Assembly: GCA_946410555.1 (NCBI GenBank)
Contig: CAMKAT010000003.1
Coordinates: forward strand, 5,007-69,006
Length of the DNA stretch: 64,000 bases
From: an uncultured Bacillales bacterium
GTDB taxonomy: Bacteria; Bacillota_I; Bacilli_A; RF39; UBA660
Direction of reading: 5' to 3'
The notes under the pieces are model-generated. The model did not search any database. It worked only from the letters and a program-made list of their open reading frames with translations, and was not told the origin of the DNA. Below, in pieces: positions 26,693-35,438 of this stretch. Within the stretch, counting starts at the first letter, position 1. Each line of letters starts with the position of its first letter. A program made the position numbers and the translations under genes.

Positions 26693-29600
26693 TCTTACTA
26701 TAACTTTATACTCTATATCTTTAACCTTTACTTTAGAACCGGTACCAACATATGTATTAGTATCAAGTTTTACTCCACCAACATAAATATCATAATCATA
26801 ATCTGATGTAATATTATTTTTAAGTTCATTTCTCATGTAATTCTTAGAAGTTGGTTTTGCAATGATTGTTTTATTTTGAATTTTATACTTAGTAGATTTA
26901 ATTTCTATTGTTTTAGTATCTAAATTACTCTTTAAATAATCTATTGCCATATTAGCTAAGTTTAAGCTTCCATAATCATTTGGATGGCAGGCTACTCCTT
27001 CATTTGTAACATATGCAGCCTTATTAGATGCATTATAATATTTAGCACCAATAAATGTTTCATATCTTTTAGATGCACCTTTATATCCTCCATATAATGT
27101 AGCATCTACATTATATTTACTTGCTACATTTAAAAGTGGAGTCTTTATATTACTTGGTAACCAATGAGGATAAAGAATAATTATTTTTGCATTTGGATAT
27201 GCTTTTTGGAATTCTGAAATCATATAATCAAATGATGATTCAACATTTACTTGTCTTTCAGGAAAGCTTGCATTAGCTAAGTTTTCACCAAGTTGAATAA
27301 AGAATAAATCTACATTATTTGGATCATCAATCTTTGCATTATATTGACTGATTAAATTTTGAACTTCAGCATTTCTATCTACTGGTATATAAGTTGTAGG
27401 TGTCGTAGAATAGTCTCCTTTTCTTACTTCTTCCCAATGATTAATTGCTAATCTATATGATTTAACATTTGGACTTAAACTCTTTAAATATTGATTCATG
27501 TAATGATAATAATCAGTATCAACATCGGTTGATCCCATAGAATGTGTTGCCCAACCAATTAAAAATGAGTTACCTAAATATAATACATTCTTAGCATCAA
27601 GTATCTTATTATCTTTATTATAAATATTTCCGGTTAATTCAACATCCATATAAATATTACTTAAAGTATTACTATTTAAATCAATGTTTGGTCCATCAAA
27701 TAAATATTTGTGTTTAAACCTATCAATATATCTATATTTCGCTCCCGTTATATTAACTGATGCATTAGCAAGTGCTTTTACTTCATAAGTAGTAGATTCA
27801 CCATAATGGAAATCATCATATAATGCATAGAATGTTTTACTATCTCCCCAAATCATTGGTCTATAGTAAGTATCTAGAGAAACATAATAAGCATTTACTC
27901 CGATTGACTTAAGTGAATTTACTACAGTTTCAATACTTTGAGGTCCAAAGAATTGAATACCAGTTGATTCAAATGGAACTTTATAAGTTGTTACATTATT
28001 TTCAGTTGTAGTTGTAATACCAAATACATTAGCTGATGGATCGAAATTAAAGTTAGGATTTGTAATTACAAGTCTTTCTAAATGTTTAAGATTACTTAAC
28101 GAATTAGCATTTAATGTTGTTAAATTTTTACCTAAGATAACAACTTCTAGATTATAGCAACTACCAATTACATTTCCATTAAGTGTAGTAAGATTATCTG
28201 GTAGTTTTGCAACTTTTAAACCTCGGTTATAGAAGAATGCACCATATCCAATACTTGTAACACTTTCAGGTAATAATAAAAATTCAAATGATAAATATGC
28301 AAATGAATATTTACCTATCGTTGTTACTTTATTACCTTTGAATTCGTATTCAGTAATATTAGGTGTAAAATCTTTAGTGGACTTTTTAAGCTTCTCTTTT
28401 TCTTCTTGAGTTAGTGATACTGGAAATAATAAATAATCAGGAATCATAGTAACATTTGCTCCAATTATAATCTTAGTTCCAGCAGTAGATCTACCTACTC
28501 TAGAGAAAGCATAGTTTTTATTTGCAAGATTGCTTGCAGTCTTTGCATTATAATTTATAATTTTAACATACTCTAATCCTTCGAAAGCATAATTTCCTAT
28601 CTTAGTTACATTCTCATCAATTGTAATAGTCTTAATATATTCTTTATATTGATGCCATGGTGCTACACTTGATTCAGTATAGTCTGCCATTGCACCACTA
28701 CCAGATATTTTAAGTTCTAATGTTTTAAAGTTTAATGTCCATGTTGCACTTCCGGTAGTACCTGAGATTTTATCAGTTCTTCTTGAAGGTTCATCAAATA
28801 TATAGAATTCATTACCTTCGAAATATCCTTCGGTATTTTTTACCATACTATTGTAAGGAATAAATGCTCTAACATTATCTGATGATCCAATTTGACCTAA
28901 ATTTCTATTACTATAATTATAGAATTTATTATTTTTAAATACTGGCAATGACTCTATATTAGTTGTATCAATATGAAGCATCCAAATTCCAGTTAATACT
29001 CCATATTTATCTTTAAGTTGTCCTGTTGTATCAAATATATTATTTTCAATAATAAATTCGTTTTTGACTCTATTCCAAGATTCTGAACCACCATCCCAAG
29101 CTTTGATTAATGCTTCGTAACCATGTTCTGGTCTTACTTCAGTGAATCCCATACCAGCATATCTTAAAATATTATTAGTAAAATAAATGTTACCTAAATA
29201 TGTTTCTTTAATTAATTCTTGATTAGTTGCTTCATTAGTACCATTCCAATATTCTATGTTGTAACTACAATATTCTACGACATTATTATCATAAGTTAGT
29301 CTTTCAACTCTGTTTTTCTTGCCCTCTGCTGCAGTATATTGGAAAGTTAATCCAGCATCATATATCTCATATATGTAATTATTTCTTGCAACATATCCAT
29401 CTTTTACAGTATATCCATTAATATTATCAATTGCTCCATAAGATTGAATACCATTACCTAATCTTAATCCCCAATGACCATCTGCATCATATTTTTGAGT
29501 CATTCCACCAATATAACTAATTTCACAATTAGTAACAGTAACATTAGCTACATTATTAATAGCTATGGCATGTCTTCCAAAGAAACTTATTTCTAAGTTA

Positions 29601-30433
29601 TCAATAATAGTATCTGAATAATTTCCTACTTTAATTCCGTTATCACCAAGAGATATTTCAATATCATCAAATCTAGTACTTGGATTACTAGTAGAATAAA
29701 GATATAAAACACCACCAGTAGTTGATGATTCACAAGCATGACCCATATGATAGAACTGTAAGTCTTTAGTTAATTGAGAAACTGCAAATGATTCTGATTC
29801 AGTTACATTATCATTAGACATTCTCTTATCACCAAAACTATATTTAGTTTTTCCATCAGTTGTAGTTCTTGTACAATTATTATTACCACTCTTACAGAAG
29901 AACCAAATAGCTCCAACATCTTTAGGGAATTTTTTATCTTTTCCATCTACTTGGTATTTCCATACATTACCTGATACTTTTACCCAAGAACCTGTCGTAG
30001 CAGCATTTGCTTCAGATCCATGAATCTTAGGTTTTCCTTTAGATATTGTTCCATATGAACCGAATAAAATATTATGATCTTTAAGTGTTAAATTACTACC
30101 TTTGAATGTATCACCATCTCTAAATAGAACTGCATCACCTTTTTTAATTGTTTTATTACCAAGTAATTCATTTACTTTTGCTGTAGTTTTTAGTGGTTTA
30201 CTTTGTGATTTTCCATCATTTGAATCATTACCATCATTAGATACATAATAAATAGTACCTGTTACTTTAGATACATCTGTATTTTGTGTAGATCTAATCT
30301 CGTTTATTCTTGTCTTTACTAAAGAAGTAATTGAACTATTATCTGTGATAGAAAGTGAATTACTTCCAGACAATAAAAAAAGAGATAAAGAAAATACTAG
30401 TAAACATACCATTACCTTGTATTTCTTCTTCAT
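26504..30433 (-). CDS. Giant secreted multidomain protein, copy B (same architecture)
   Basis: ATG 30433 (GAGGTG SD 6 nt upstream) is preferred over track GTG 30442. IYYVSNDGNDSNDG; YEIYDAGLTFQY; ISGSGAMADY..PW; LGNS / QLGEN / CHPNDYG; tail GDVTGDGIINLSD. Confidence 0.8.
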   Translation of the reverse strand: MKKKYKVMVCLLVFSLSLFLLSGSNSLSITDNSSITSLVKTRINEIRSTQNTDVSKVTGTIYYVSNDGNDSNDGKSQSKPLKTTAKVNELLGNKTIKKGDAVLFRDGDTFKGSNLTLKDHNILFGSYGTISKGKPKIHGSEANAATTGSWVKVSGNVWKYQVDGKDKKFPKDVGAIWFFCKSGNNNCTRTTTDGKTKYSFGDKRMSNDNVTESESFAVSQLTKDLQFYHMGHACESSTTGGVLYLYSTSNPSTRFDDIEISLGDNGIKVGNYSDTIIDNLEISFFGRHAIAINNVANVTVTNCEISYIGGMTQKYDADGHWGLRLGNGIQSYGAIDNINGYTVKDGYVARNNYIYEIYDAGLTFQYTAAEGKKNRVERLTYDNNVVEYCSYNIEYWNGTNEATNQELIKETYLGNIYFTNNILRYAGMGFTEVRPEHGYEALIKAWDGGSESWNRVKNEFIIENNIFDTTGQLKDKYGVLTGIWMLHIDTTNIESLPVFKNNKFYNYSNRNLGQIGSSDNVRAFIPYNSMVKNTEGYFEGNEFYIFDEPSRRTDKISGTTGSATWTLNFKTLELKISGSGAMADYTESSVAPWHQYKEYIKTITIDENVTKIGNYAFEGLEYVKIINYNAKTASNLANKNYAFSRVGRSTAGTKIIIGANVTMIPDYLLFPVSLTQEEKEKLKKSTKDFTPNITEYEFKGNKVTTIGKYSFAYLSFEFLLLPESVTSIGYGAFFYNRGLKVAKLPDNLTTLNGNVIGSCYNLEVVILGKNLTTLNANSLSNLKHLERLVITNPNFNFDPSANVFGITTTTENNVTTYKVPFESTGIQFFGPQSIETVVNSLKSIGVNAYYVSLDTYYRPMIWGDSKTFYALYDDFHYGESTTYEVKALANASVNITGAKYRYIDRFKHKYLFDGPNIDLNSNTLSNIYMDVELTGNIYNKDNKILDAKNVLYLGNSFLIGWATHSMGSTDVDTDYYHYMNQYLKSLSPNVKSYRLAINHWEEVRKGDYSTTPTTYIPVDRNAEVQNLISQYNAKIDDPNNVDLFFIQLGENLANASFPERQVNVESSFDYMISEFQKAYPNAKIIILYPHWLPSNIKTPLLNVASKYNVDATLYGGYKGASKRYETFIGAKYYNASNKAAYVTNEGVACHPNDYGSLNLANMAIDYLKSNLDTKTIEIKSTKYKIQNKTIIAKPTSKNYMRNELKNNITSDYDYDIYVGGVKLDTNTYVGTGSKVKVKDIEYKVIVRGDVTGDGIINLSDVSKLYNSYKKKTTLTGDYLEAGRITESSSVVLGDVSKLYNFYKGKINNI

Positions 30434-30457
30434 CTCTTTCACCTCAATTCTAAGTTG

Positions 30458-31459
30458 TTATTTTTTAATTACTACAATTAAAAGATAAGCTAAACCAATC
30501 ATTCCAGCTACGCTTCCAACAATTTTAGCAACTTTAATAATTGTTGCTTTAGTATCAGCTTTAGCCTTTTTATTAATGTTTAATTTGTAAGTAGTAGATT
30601 CACCTTCATAAGTTACTACTACTTCAATTTTATTCATTCCTTCAACTAATTTATCAGAACTAATTTTTACTGTTGCATTTTCTTTATATGGTTTATAACT
30701 AAATTCTAAATTTGTAATATCTGAAGTTATTTCAATGTTATATTCAGTTTTATCACTATTAAAATCAAATTTAACACCTTTGATTGTTAATGATGCAAGT
30801 TTTGTATTTGAATCAGTTCTTGGGCTTGGTGCTAAAGTTGTAGTTTCATCTGTTACTGGTTCAGTAGCTTCTGTTGTAGGTTCTTCGGTTGGAGTACCAG
30901 TTGTTGGTTCTTCTCTAGGATTTTGAGCTTGAGTTGTACCTTGAGTTGGTTGTGTACCAGCTGGAGCTGTAGTTCCTTGAGTTGGTCTTTGAGTTGCTTG
31001 TGTTGGTTTAGTAGTCGCTTGAGTTGGATTACTAACTGCAATATTCTTTGATATTGTACCAGCATTAACTGTGTTATATTGACCACTTGAATTTATAGAA
31101 ACAAATTTAGCATCATTAACTTTAAAAGTCATTGTTCCTGCTTGAGTTGCTTTAATAACATAAGTTACAAATGTAACTCCATTAGGATCTTCTTCGTTTA
31201 TACATGTAAATTCACTATTAGTAACTGCCCCAGTTCCTAATTGAATACAAGATCCTACTGTAAAACTTTGAACTGTACCATTGTCAACATGAATTTTCCC
31301 TTCGCCACCACCAATTTTATTAGCTGAAGCTTTAACAGAGCATTTTGTTGTACCTCCAACTGTTAACGAATAAGATGTACAACTGATATCCATAGAATCA
31401 GCTTTTGCACTAATTGGAATAAGTATAAGTGCTAGTATAATAAGTATTTTTTTCTTCAT
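30458..31459 (-). CDS. Membrane-anchored surface protein: signal peptide, cohesin-like beta-sandwich, Thr/Pro/Gln linker, cadherin-like beta-sandwich, C-terminal TM anchor
   Basis: 333 aa. YSLTVGGTTKCSVKASANKIGGGEGKIHVDNGTVQSFTVGS...VTYVIKATQAGTMTFKVN; PTQATTKPTQATQRPTQGTT linker; KLASLTIKGVKFDFNSDKTEYNIEI...GMNKIEVVVTYEGESTTYKLNI; C-terminus IVGSVAGMIGLAYLLIVVIKK. Its GGAGA SD overlaps the stop of copy C. Confidence 0.7.
   Translation of the reverse strand: MKKKILIILALILIPISAKADSMDISCTSYSLTVGGTTKCSVKASANKIGGGEGKIHVDNGTVQSFTVGSCIQLGTGAVTNSEFTCINEEDPNGVTFVTYVIKATQAGTMTFKVNDAKFVSINSSGQYNTVNAGTISKNIAVSNPTQATTKPTQATQRPTQGTTAPAGTQPTQGTTQAQNPREEPTTGTPTEEPTTEATEPVTDETTTLAPSPRTDSNTKLASLTIKGVKFDFNSDKTEYNIEITSDITNLEFSYKPYKENATVKISSDKLVEGMNKIEVVVTYEGESTTYKLNINKKAKADTKATIIKVAKIVGSVAGMIGLAYLLIVVIKK
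30845..31033 (-). repeat. Low-complexity Thr/Pro/Gln-rich linker (imperfect PTQ[AG]T repeats)
   Basis: PTQATTKPTQATQRPTQGTTAPAGTQPTQGTTQAQNPREEPTTGTPTEEPTTEATEP. It also creates two spurious overlapping track ORFs. Confidence 0.7.
31040..31396 (-). other. Cohesin-like domain (residues ~22-140)
   Basis: This is a pattern-level resemblance only to type I cohesins: an N-terminal VGxT..V.V strand, I.G..G.I.(Y/V)D mid motif, and an alternating beta pattern ending in a T(F/I)KV strand. No profile search was run. Confidence 0.35.
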
Positions 31460-31469
31460 AATGTTCTCC

Positions 31470-31661
31470 TTAATCTAAATTAGTTGTTTTTCCTTTGTAA
31501 TAATTATATAATCTCGACACATCACCGAGAGTTACTGAACTAGATCCCGTTATTTTTGCAGCTTCTAGTTGTTCAACATTAAGTGTTGTTTTCTTTTTGT
31601 AGTAGTTATAAACCTTAGAAACATCACTTAAATTAATAACTCCATCGCTTGTTACATCACC
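31470..31661 (-). other. Dockerin-like C-terminal module of copy C (63 aa)
   Basis: GDVTSDGVINLSDVSKVYNYYKKK...ITGSSSVTLGDVSRLYNYYKGK. Confidence 0.55.
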
Positions 31662-34600
31662 TTTTAGAATAATCTTCAAAGCGTACGATCCACTCTTAAG
31701 AGTATAACCTGTTCCTATGTACACGTTCGATGTTACCTCGTTATTATTTAAATTATACAACAAAATTGAGTTAGATGAAACAATATTATTCAATAATGTA
31801 TCTCTATTTAGCATTTTACTTGTTGGTTTTGCCTTAATATATTTGCTTGTCACTTGGTATTTAGTTGATTTTATAGAATCTAGATTACCATAATCATGTT
31901 CTTTTAAATACGAAACAACTTTATCTGCGATAGCTATAAATCCATAGTTACCAGGATGTGTCTCTCCACCACCAGCTTGAAGTATTTTTCTCATTCCAAC
32001 ATTTGTAATATATTTATCTCCAACGAATGAAGTATTTCTATTACATGAACTTGGTGTTACTCCTCTGAAAGGTTTCTTAGTAACTCCTCTATAAACACCT
32101 GAGTAATCAATTAACTCAATTCCAGTTGCTTCAGTAGCAGCTTGAATAGCAGCAATATTTTGTGAGTAATTATACCAACCAAATAAATAATATATTTTTG
32201 TTTCAGGGAATTCTTCTTTTACTCTATTAATTAAATAGGTAATATCAGTTTGGAATGTTATTCTTCTAGCAGCTGAATTAACATTATCTCCAAGTTCCAA
32301 GAATATTGTTTTAACTGGATTTGGTCCTTTATTATTCTTAATAGCATTAATAAACTTTTCAGCTTCAGCATTTCTTTCTTCAGAAGTTTCATATCCTTCC
32401 CAAGGGTTAGCTGTATATTTAACTGTTGTTAAATTAGGATTCATACTCTTTAAGTATTGCATTACATAATAGTAATAATCATCTTGAGTTGTTGTTGATG
32501 CCATACCATGTGTATCAAAACCTCTTAATAATGAATTTCCTAAGAATACAACTGTTTGATCATCAATCGAACGATGTGCATCATCAGATACTGTTCCTTC
32601 GAGTTCAACATCTAACATAATATTTGATATTGTATTACCACTCATATTAACACCATCTACTAAATGATAATGTTTTTGTGCATCCATATATCTATATTTA
32701 GCACCAGTAACAGTTACACTACTTGCATTAGATAACGATTTAACTTGATATGTAGTATTTTCATTAATATAAGCTTCATCATGAAGTGCATAGAATGTTT
32801 TATGATCACCATATACTACTGGTCTATAATAAATCAAATCTACATATTTTATTATCTCACTACCAACTTGTTCATTAGCAGCATCAACGAATGCTTTAAT
32901 TGAAGATGGTCCAAATATTCTCAATTGATATAAACCATTGAAATTATTAATTGGATTATTCGTAGAATCAAATGCGAAATCTACATTTTGTATTACTAAA
33001 CATTCTAATCTTGTACTATTGTATAAAGCTTCAACTCCTAGAGATACCGTTTTTTCTCCTAGGATAACTGTTTCAAGATGAGTACATCCTCTTAACATCT
33101 TATTAGGTACATTTACTACATTATTTGATAATACAAATAATTTCATTACCTTACAATTAGCAAATGCAGCTTCTCCGATAGTTTCAACACTATCAGGTAT
33201 AACCATATCAGTCATTAAAAGGAAAGTGAATGCATAACTTCCAATTGTTTTAACTTTATTTCCTTTGAACACTACTTTCTTAATGTTTGGTGCACTTGTA
33301 GAAGACGATGTTGCATTTCCTAAATATCCAGGAATATTTGTAACTTCAGGTCCAAATGTTAATGTAGCACCTGTTGCCCAAACACCTGCATTTCTAAATG
33401 CAGCGTTTCCACCAGTCATATTCTTTAAATTTTTAGAATTAATTACTATATCATTAATGTATTTAAGATCATTAAATGCATACTTACCAATCTTAGTAAC
33501 ATCTTCTCCGATTACTATCTTATGAATATAATTTGAATAACTACTCCATGGTGGAAGTGAATCTACTGTATAATCAGCCATATCACCAGAACCTGAGATT
33601 GTAAGTGTATGATTATTTAAGTTCAGTGACCAAGATGTACTTCCTGATGTACCACTCTTAGTACCAGTCGGATCACTTAAACCATCATATGCATAGAATT
33701 CATTATCTTTTAACCAATTCGTATCATATTTAAGTTGTGTACTATAAGGAATAGCTCCAACTGTCCAGTTAGTTGCTTCAGATGAACTTATTCTTCCTAA
33801 GTTTCTTGAAGTATAATTATAGAATCTATTATTTCTTACTGTTGGTATTGATTCTTCATAACCTGCAGTTAAATGTAACATCCAAATACCAACATCATTA
33901 CCTTTATTATCTTTTAATACTCCGGTAGTATCAAAAATATTATTTTCAATTAAGAATTCACCATTCATTGCAAGTTTATTATGGGCTGTTTCATGTCCAC
34001 CATCCCAAGCTTTTATTAATGCTTCATAACCATGTTCAGGTCTTGTTTCGGTGAATCCCATACCTGCGAATCTCATTATGTTATTTCTAAAATAAATTTT
34101 ATTTAAATATGTTCTATCTATACTTTTTAACCATTCACTTGTTATGGTTTCTGGTTTATTAACATCATTCCAATATTCAATGTTATAACTTGCATATTCA
34201 ATTACGTTATTATTAAAATCTACCTTTTCAACTGCTGAACTACCATCAGCTGCTGCAGTATATTGAAAAGTTAATCCAGCATCATATACTTCATAGATAT
34301 ATGAGTTTTCTACAACATAGCCTTCATCAACACTATAGTTATTTTTTGATGTAACACTTCCATATATTTCAACCGCATTACCTAATCTTAATGCCCAGTG
34401 ACCTTCAGCGTCATATTTTTGCACCATACCACCAATGTAAGACAATTCACAGTTTGATACTTTTAAGTTAGCAGTAGTTCCTGAATTAACACCATGACGA
34501 CCAGCATGTCTTATATCCAAGTTATCTACAACTAAATTAGTAATGCCTGCAGCATATATTCCACTGGTACCAACATTAAATTCAATTTCATCAAATCTAC

Positions 34601-35366
34601 TTGCTGGATTAGTGGCAGAATATACATATAAAGCACCACCAGTAGCAGAATTACCATTAGGATGTCCATAATGCATAAACTCTAAATCATGTTTTAAATA
34701 ATTACTAATATCCGCTTCTGTCTCTACGATATCATCATTAATTAATTTTTTTTGAGATATTTTATATTTTCTATCTCCCATGGTAGTAGTTCTATCACAA
34801 TTATTATTACCAGATTTACAGAAAAACCAAATTTCTCCGATATCTTTCTTAAATACTTGATCACTACCATCAACTGTATATTTCCAAATATTATTTTTAA
34901 CTTTTACCCATTCGCCAGTTTTTGTTCCATCATATGTTGACACATTAATGATTGGCTTAGCTTTTTTAGTATCACCATAAGAACCTAATGTTATGTTATT
35001 TTTTGAAACTGTTAATTGACCTCTGAATTCATCTCCCCTACGGAATAGAATAGTATCGCCTGCTGCTAAACCAGTTCCATTTATCAATTTTTGAACTCTA
35101 GAAAGTGTTTTAAAAGGTTTGTCTTCTGATTTACCATTATTAGTATCATCACCATCAGCTGATACATAGAAAACTTGACCAGTTCTTTTAGATATATCAG
35201 TATTACCTGTTGCTCTTATTTCTTTAATTCTTTGTTTAGTTAGATTAGTAACTTCAGTTTGAAGTGCAGTTTCCGAAAAAGTGTAACCAATAAAGAATGA
35301 GAGACTAAAAGCTATAATTGCACACACCATTACAATTAATACTTTTTTGTTTCTCATATATCTCAT
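31470..35366 (-). CDS. Giant secreted multidomain protein, copy C (same architecture)
   Basis: ATG 35366 (AGGAAG SD 11 nt upstream) is preferred over track GTG 35375, which is 2 nt from the SD. VFYVSADGDDTNNG; YEVYDAGLTFQY; ISGSGDMADY..PW; LGNS / ELGDN / THPGNYG; tail GDVTSDGVINLSD. Confidence 0.8.
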   Translation of the reverse strand: MRYMRNKKVLIVMVCAIIAFSLSFFIGYTFSETALQTEVTNLTKQRIKEIRATGNTDISKRTGQVFYVSADGDDTNNGKSEDKPFKTLSRVQKLINGTGLAAGDTILFRRGDEFRGQLTVSKNNITLGSYGDTKKAKPIINVSTYDGTKTGEWVKVKNNIWKYTVDGSDQVFKKDIGEIWFFCKSGNNNCDRTTTMGDRKYKISQKKLINDDIVETEADISNYLKHDLEFMHYGHPNGNSATGGALYVYSATNPASRFDEIEFNVGTSGIYAAGITNLVVDNLDIRHAGRHGVNSGTTANLKVSNCELSYIGGMVQKYDAEGHWALRLGNAVEIYGSVTSKNNYSVDEGYVVENSYIYEVYDAGLTFQYTAAADGSSAVEKVDFNNNVIEYASYNIEYWNDVNKPETITSEWLKSIDRTYLNKIYFRNNIMRFAGMGFTETRPEHGYEALIKAWDGGHETAHNKLAMNGEFLIENNIFDTTGVLKDNKGNDVGIWMLHLTAGYEESIPTVRNNRFYNYTSRNLGRISSSEATNWTVGAIPYSTQLKYDTNWLKDNEFYAYDGLSDPTGTKSGTSGSTSWSLNLNNHTLTISGSGDMADYTVDSLPPWSSYSNYIHKIVIGEDVTKIGKYAFNDLKYINDIVINSKNLKNMTGGNAAFRNAGVWATGATLTFGPEVTNIPGYLGNATSSSTSAPNIKKVVFKGNKVKTIGSYAFTFLLMTDMVIPDSVETIGEAAFANCKVMKLFVLSNNVVNVPNKMLRGCTHLETVILGEKTVSLGVEALYNSTRLECLVIQNVDFAFDSTNNPINNFNGLYQLRIFGPSSIKAFVDAANEQVGSEIIKYVDLIYYRPVVYGDHKTFYALHDEAYINENTTYQVKSLSNASSVTVTGAKYRYMDAQKHYHLVDGVNMSGNTISNIMLDVELEGTVSDDAHRSIDDQTVVFLGNSLLRGFDTHGMASTTTQDDYYYYVMQYLKSMNPNLTTVKYTANPWEGYETSEERNAEAEKFINAIKNNKGPNPVKTIFLELGDNVNSAARRITFQTDITYLINRVKEEFPETKIYYLFGWYNYSQNIAAIQAATEATGIELIDYSGVYRGVTKKPFRGVTPSSCNRNTSFVGDKYITNVGMRKILQAGGGETHPGNYGFIAIADKVVSYLKEHDYGNLDSIKSTKYQVTSKYIKAKPTSKMLNRDTLLNNIVSSNSILLYNLNNNEVTSNVYIGTGYTLKSGSYALKIILKGDVTSDGVINLSDVSKVYNYYKKKTTLNVEQLEAAKITGSSSVTLGDVSRLYNYYKGKTTNLD

Positions 35367-35395
35367 CTTGATCACTACTTCCTATTGTTAATTAA

Positions 35396-35404
35396 AGTAT
35401 AACA
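35396..35404 (-). promoter_or_regulatory. Extended -10 element (TGTTATACT) of the giant-paralogue operon
   Basis: Minus strand reads TTTTTGTTATACT immediately after the ABC-operon terminator T-run and about 30 nt upstream of ATG 35366. Confidence 0.45.
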
Positions 35405-35438
35405 AAAAACAATAAAAAATGGAACTATAAAGTTCCAT
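35403..35438 (-). terminator. Intrinsic terminator after the FtsX-type permease gene
   Basis: Stem ATGGAAC / GTTCCAT (35419-35425 / 35432-35438) abuts the stop codon and is followed on the minus strand by TTTTTTATTGTTTTTT. Confidence 0.7.

Noticed and set aside
30735-31086. Two overlapping track ORFs (30735..30926 plus strand, 30853..31086 minus strand) in the scaffold gene
   Set aside because: Both arise from the repetitive Thr/Pro/Gln linker (ACN/CCN/CAR repeats), which is open in several frames. The 333-aa frame has the signal peptide, SD and domains.
31160-31190. Inverted repeat AGTTACA-AA-TGTAACT resembling the TGTAACTT regulatory repeat
   Set aside because: It lies inside the scaffold coding sequence (encodes GVTFVTYVI), is inverted rather than direct, and has no promoter context. 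Most likely coincidence.
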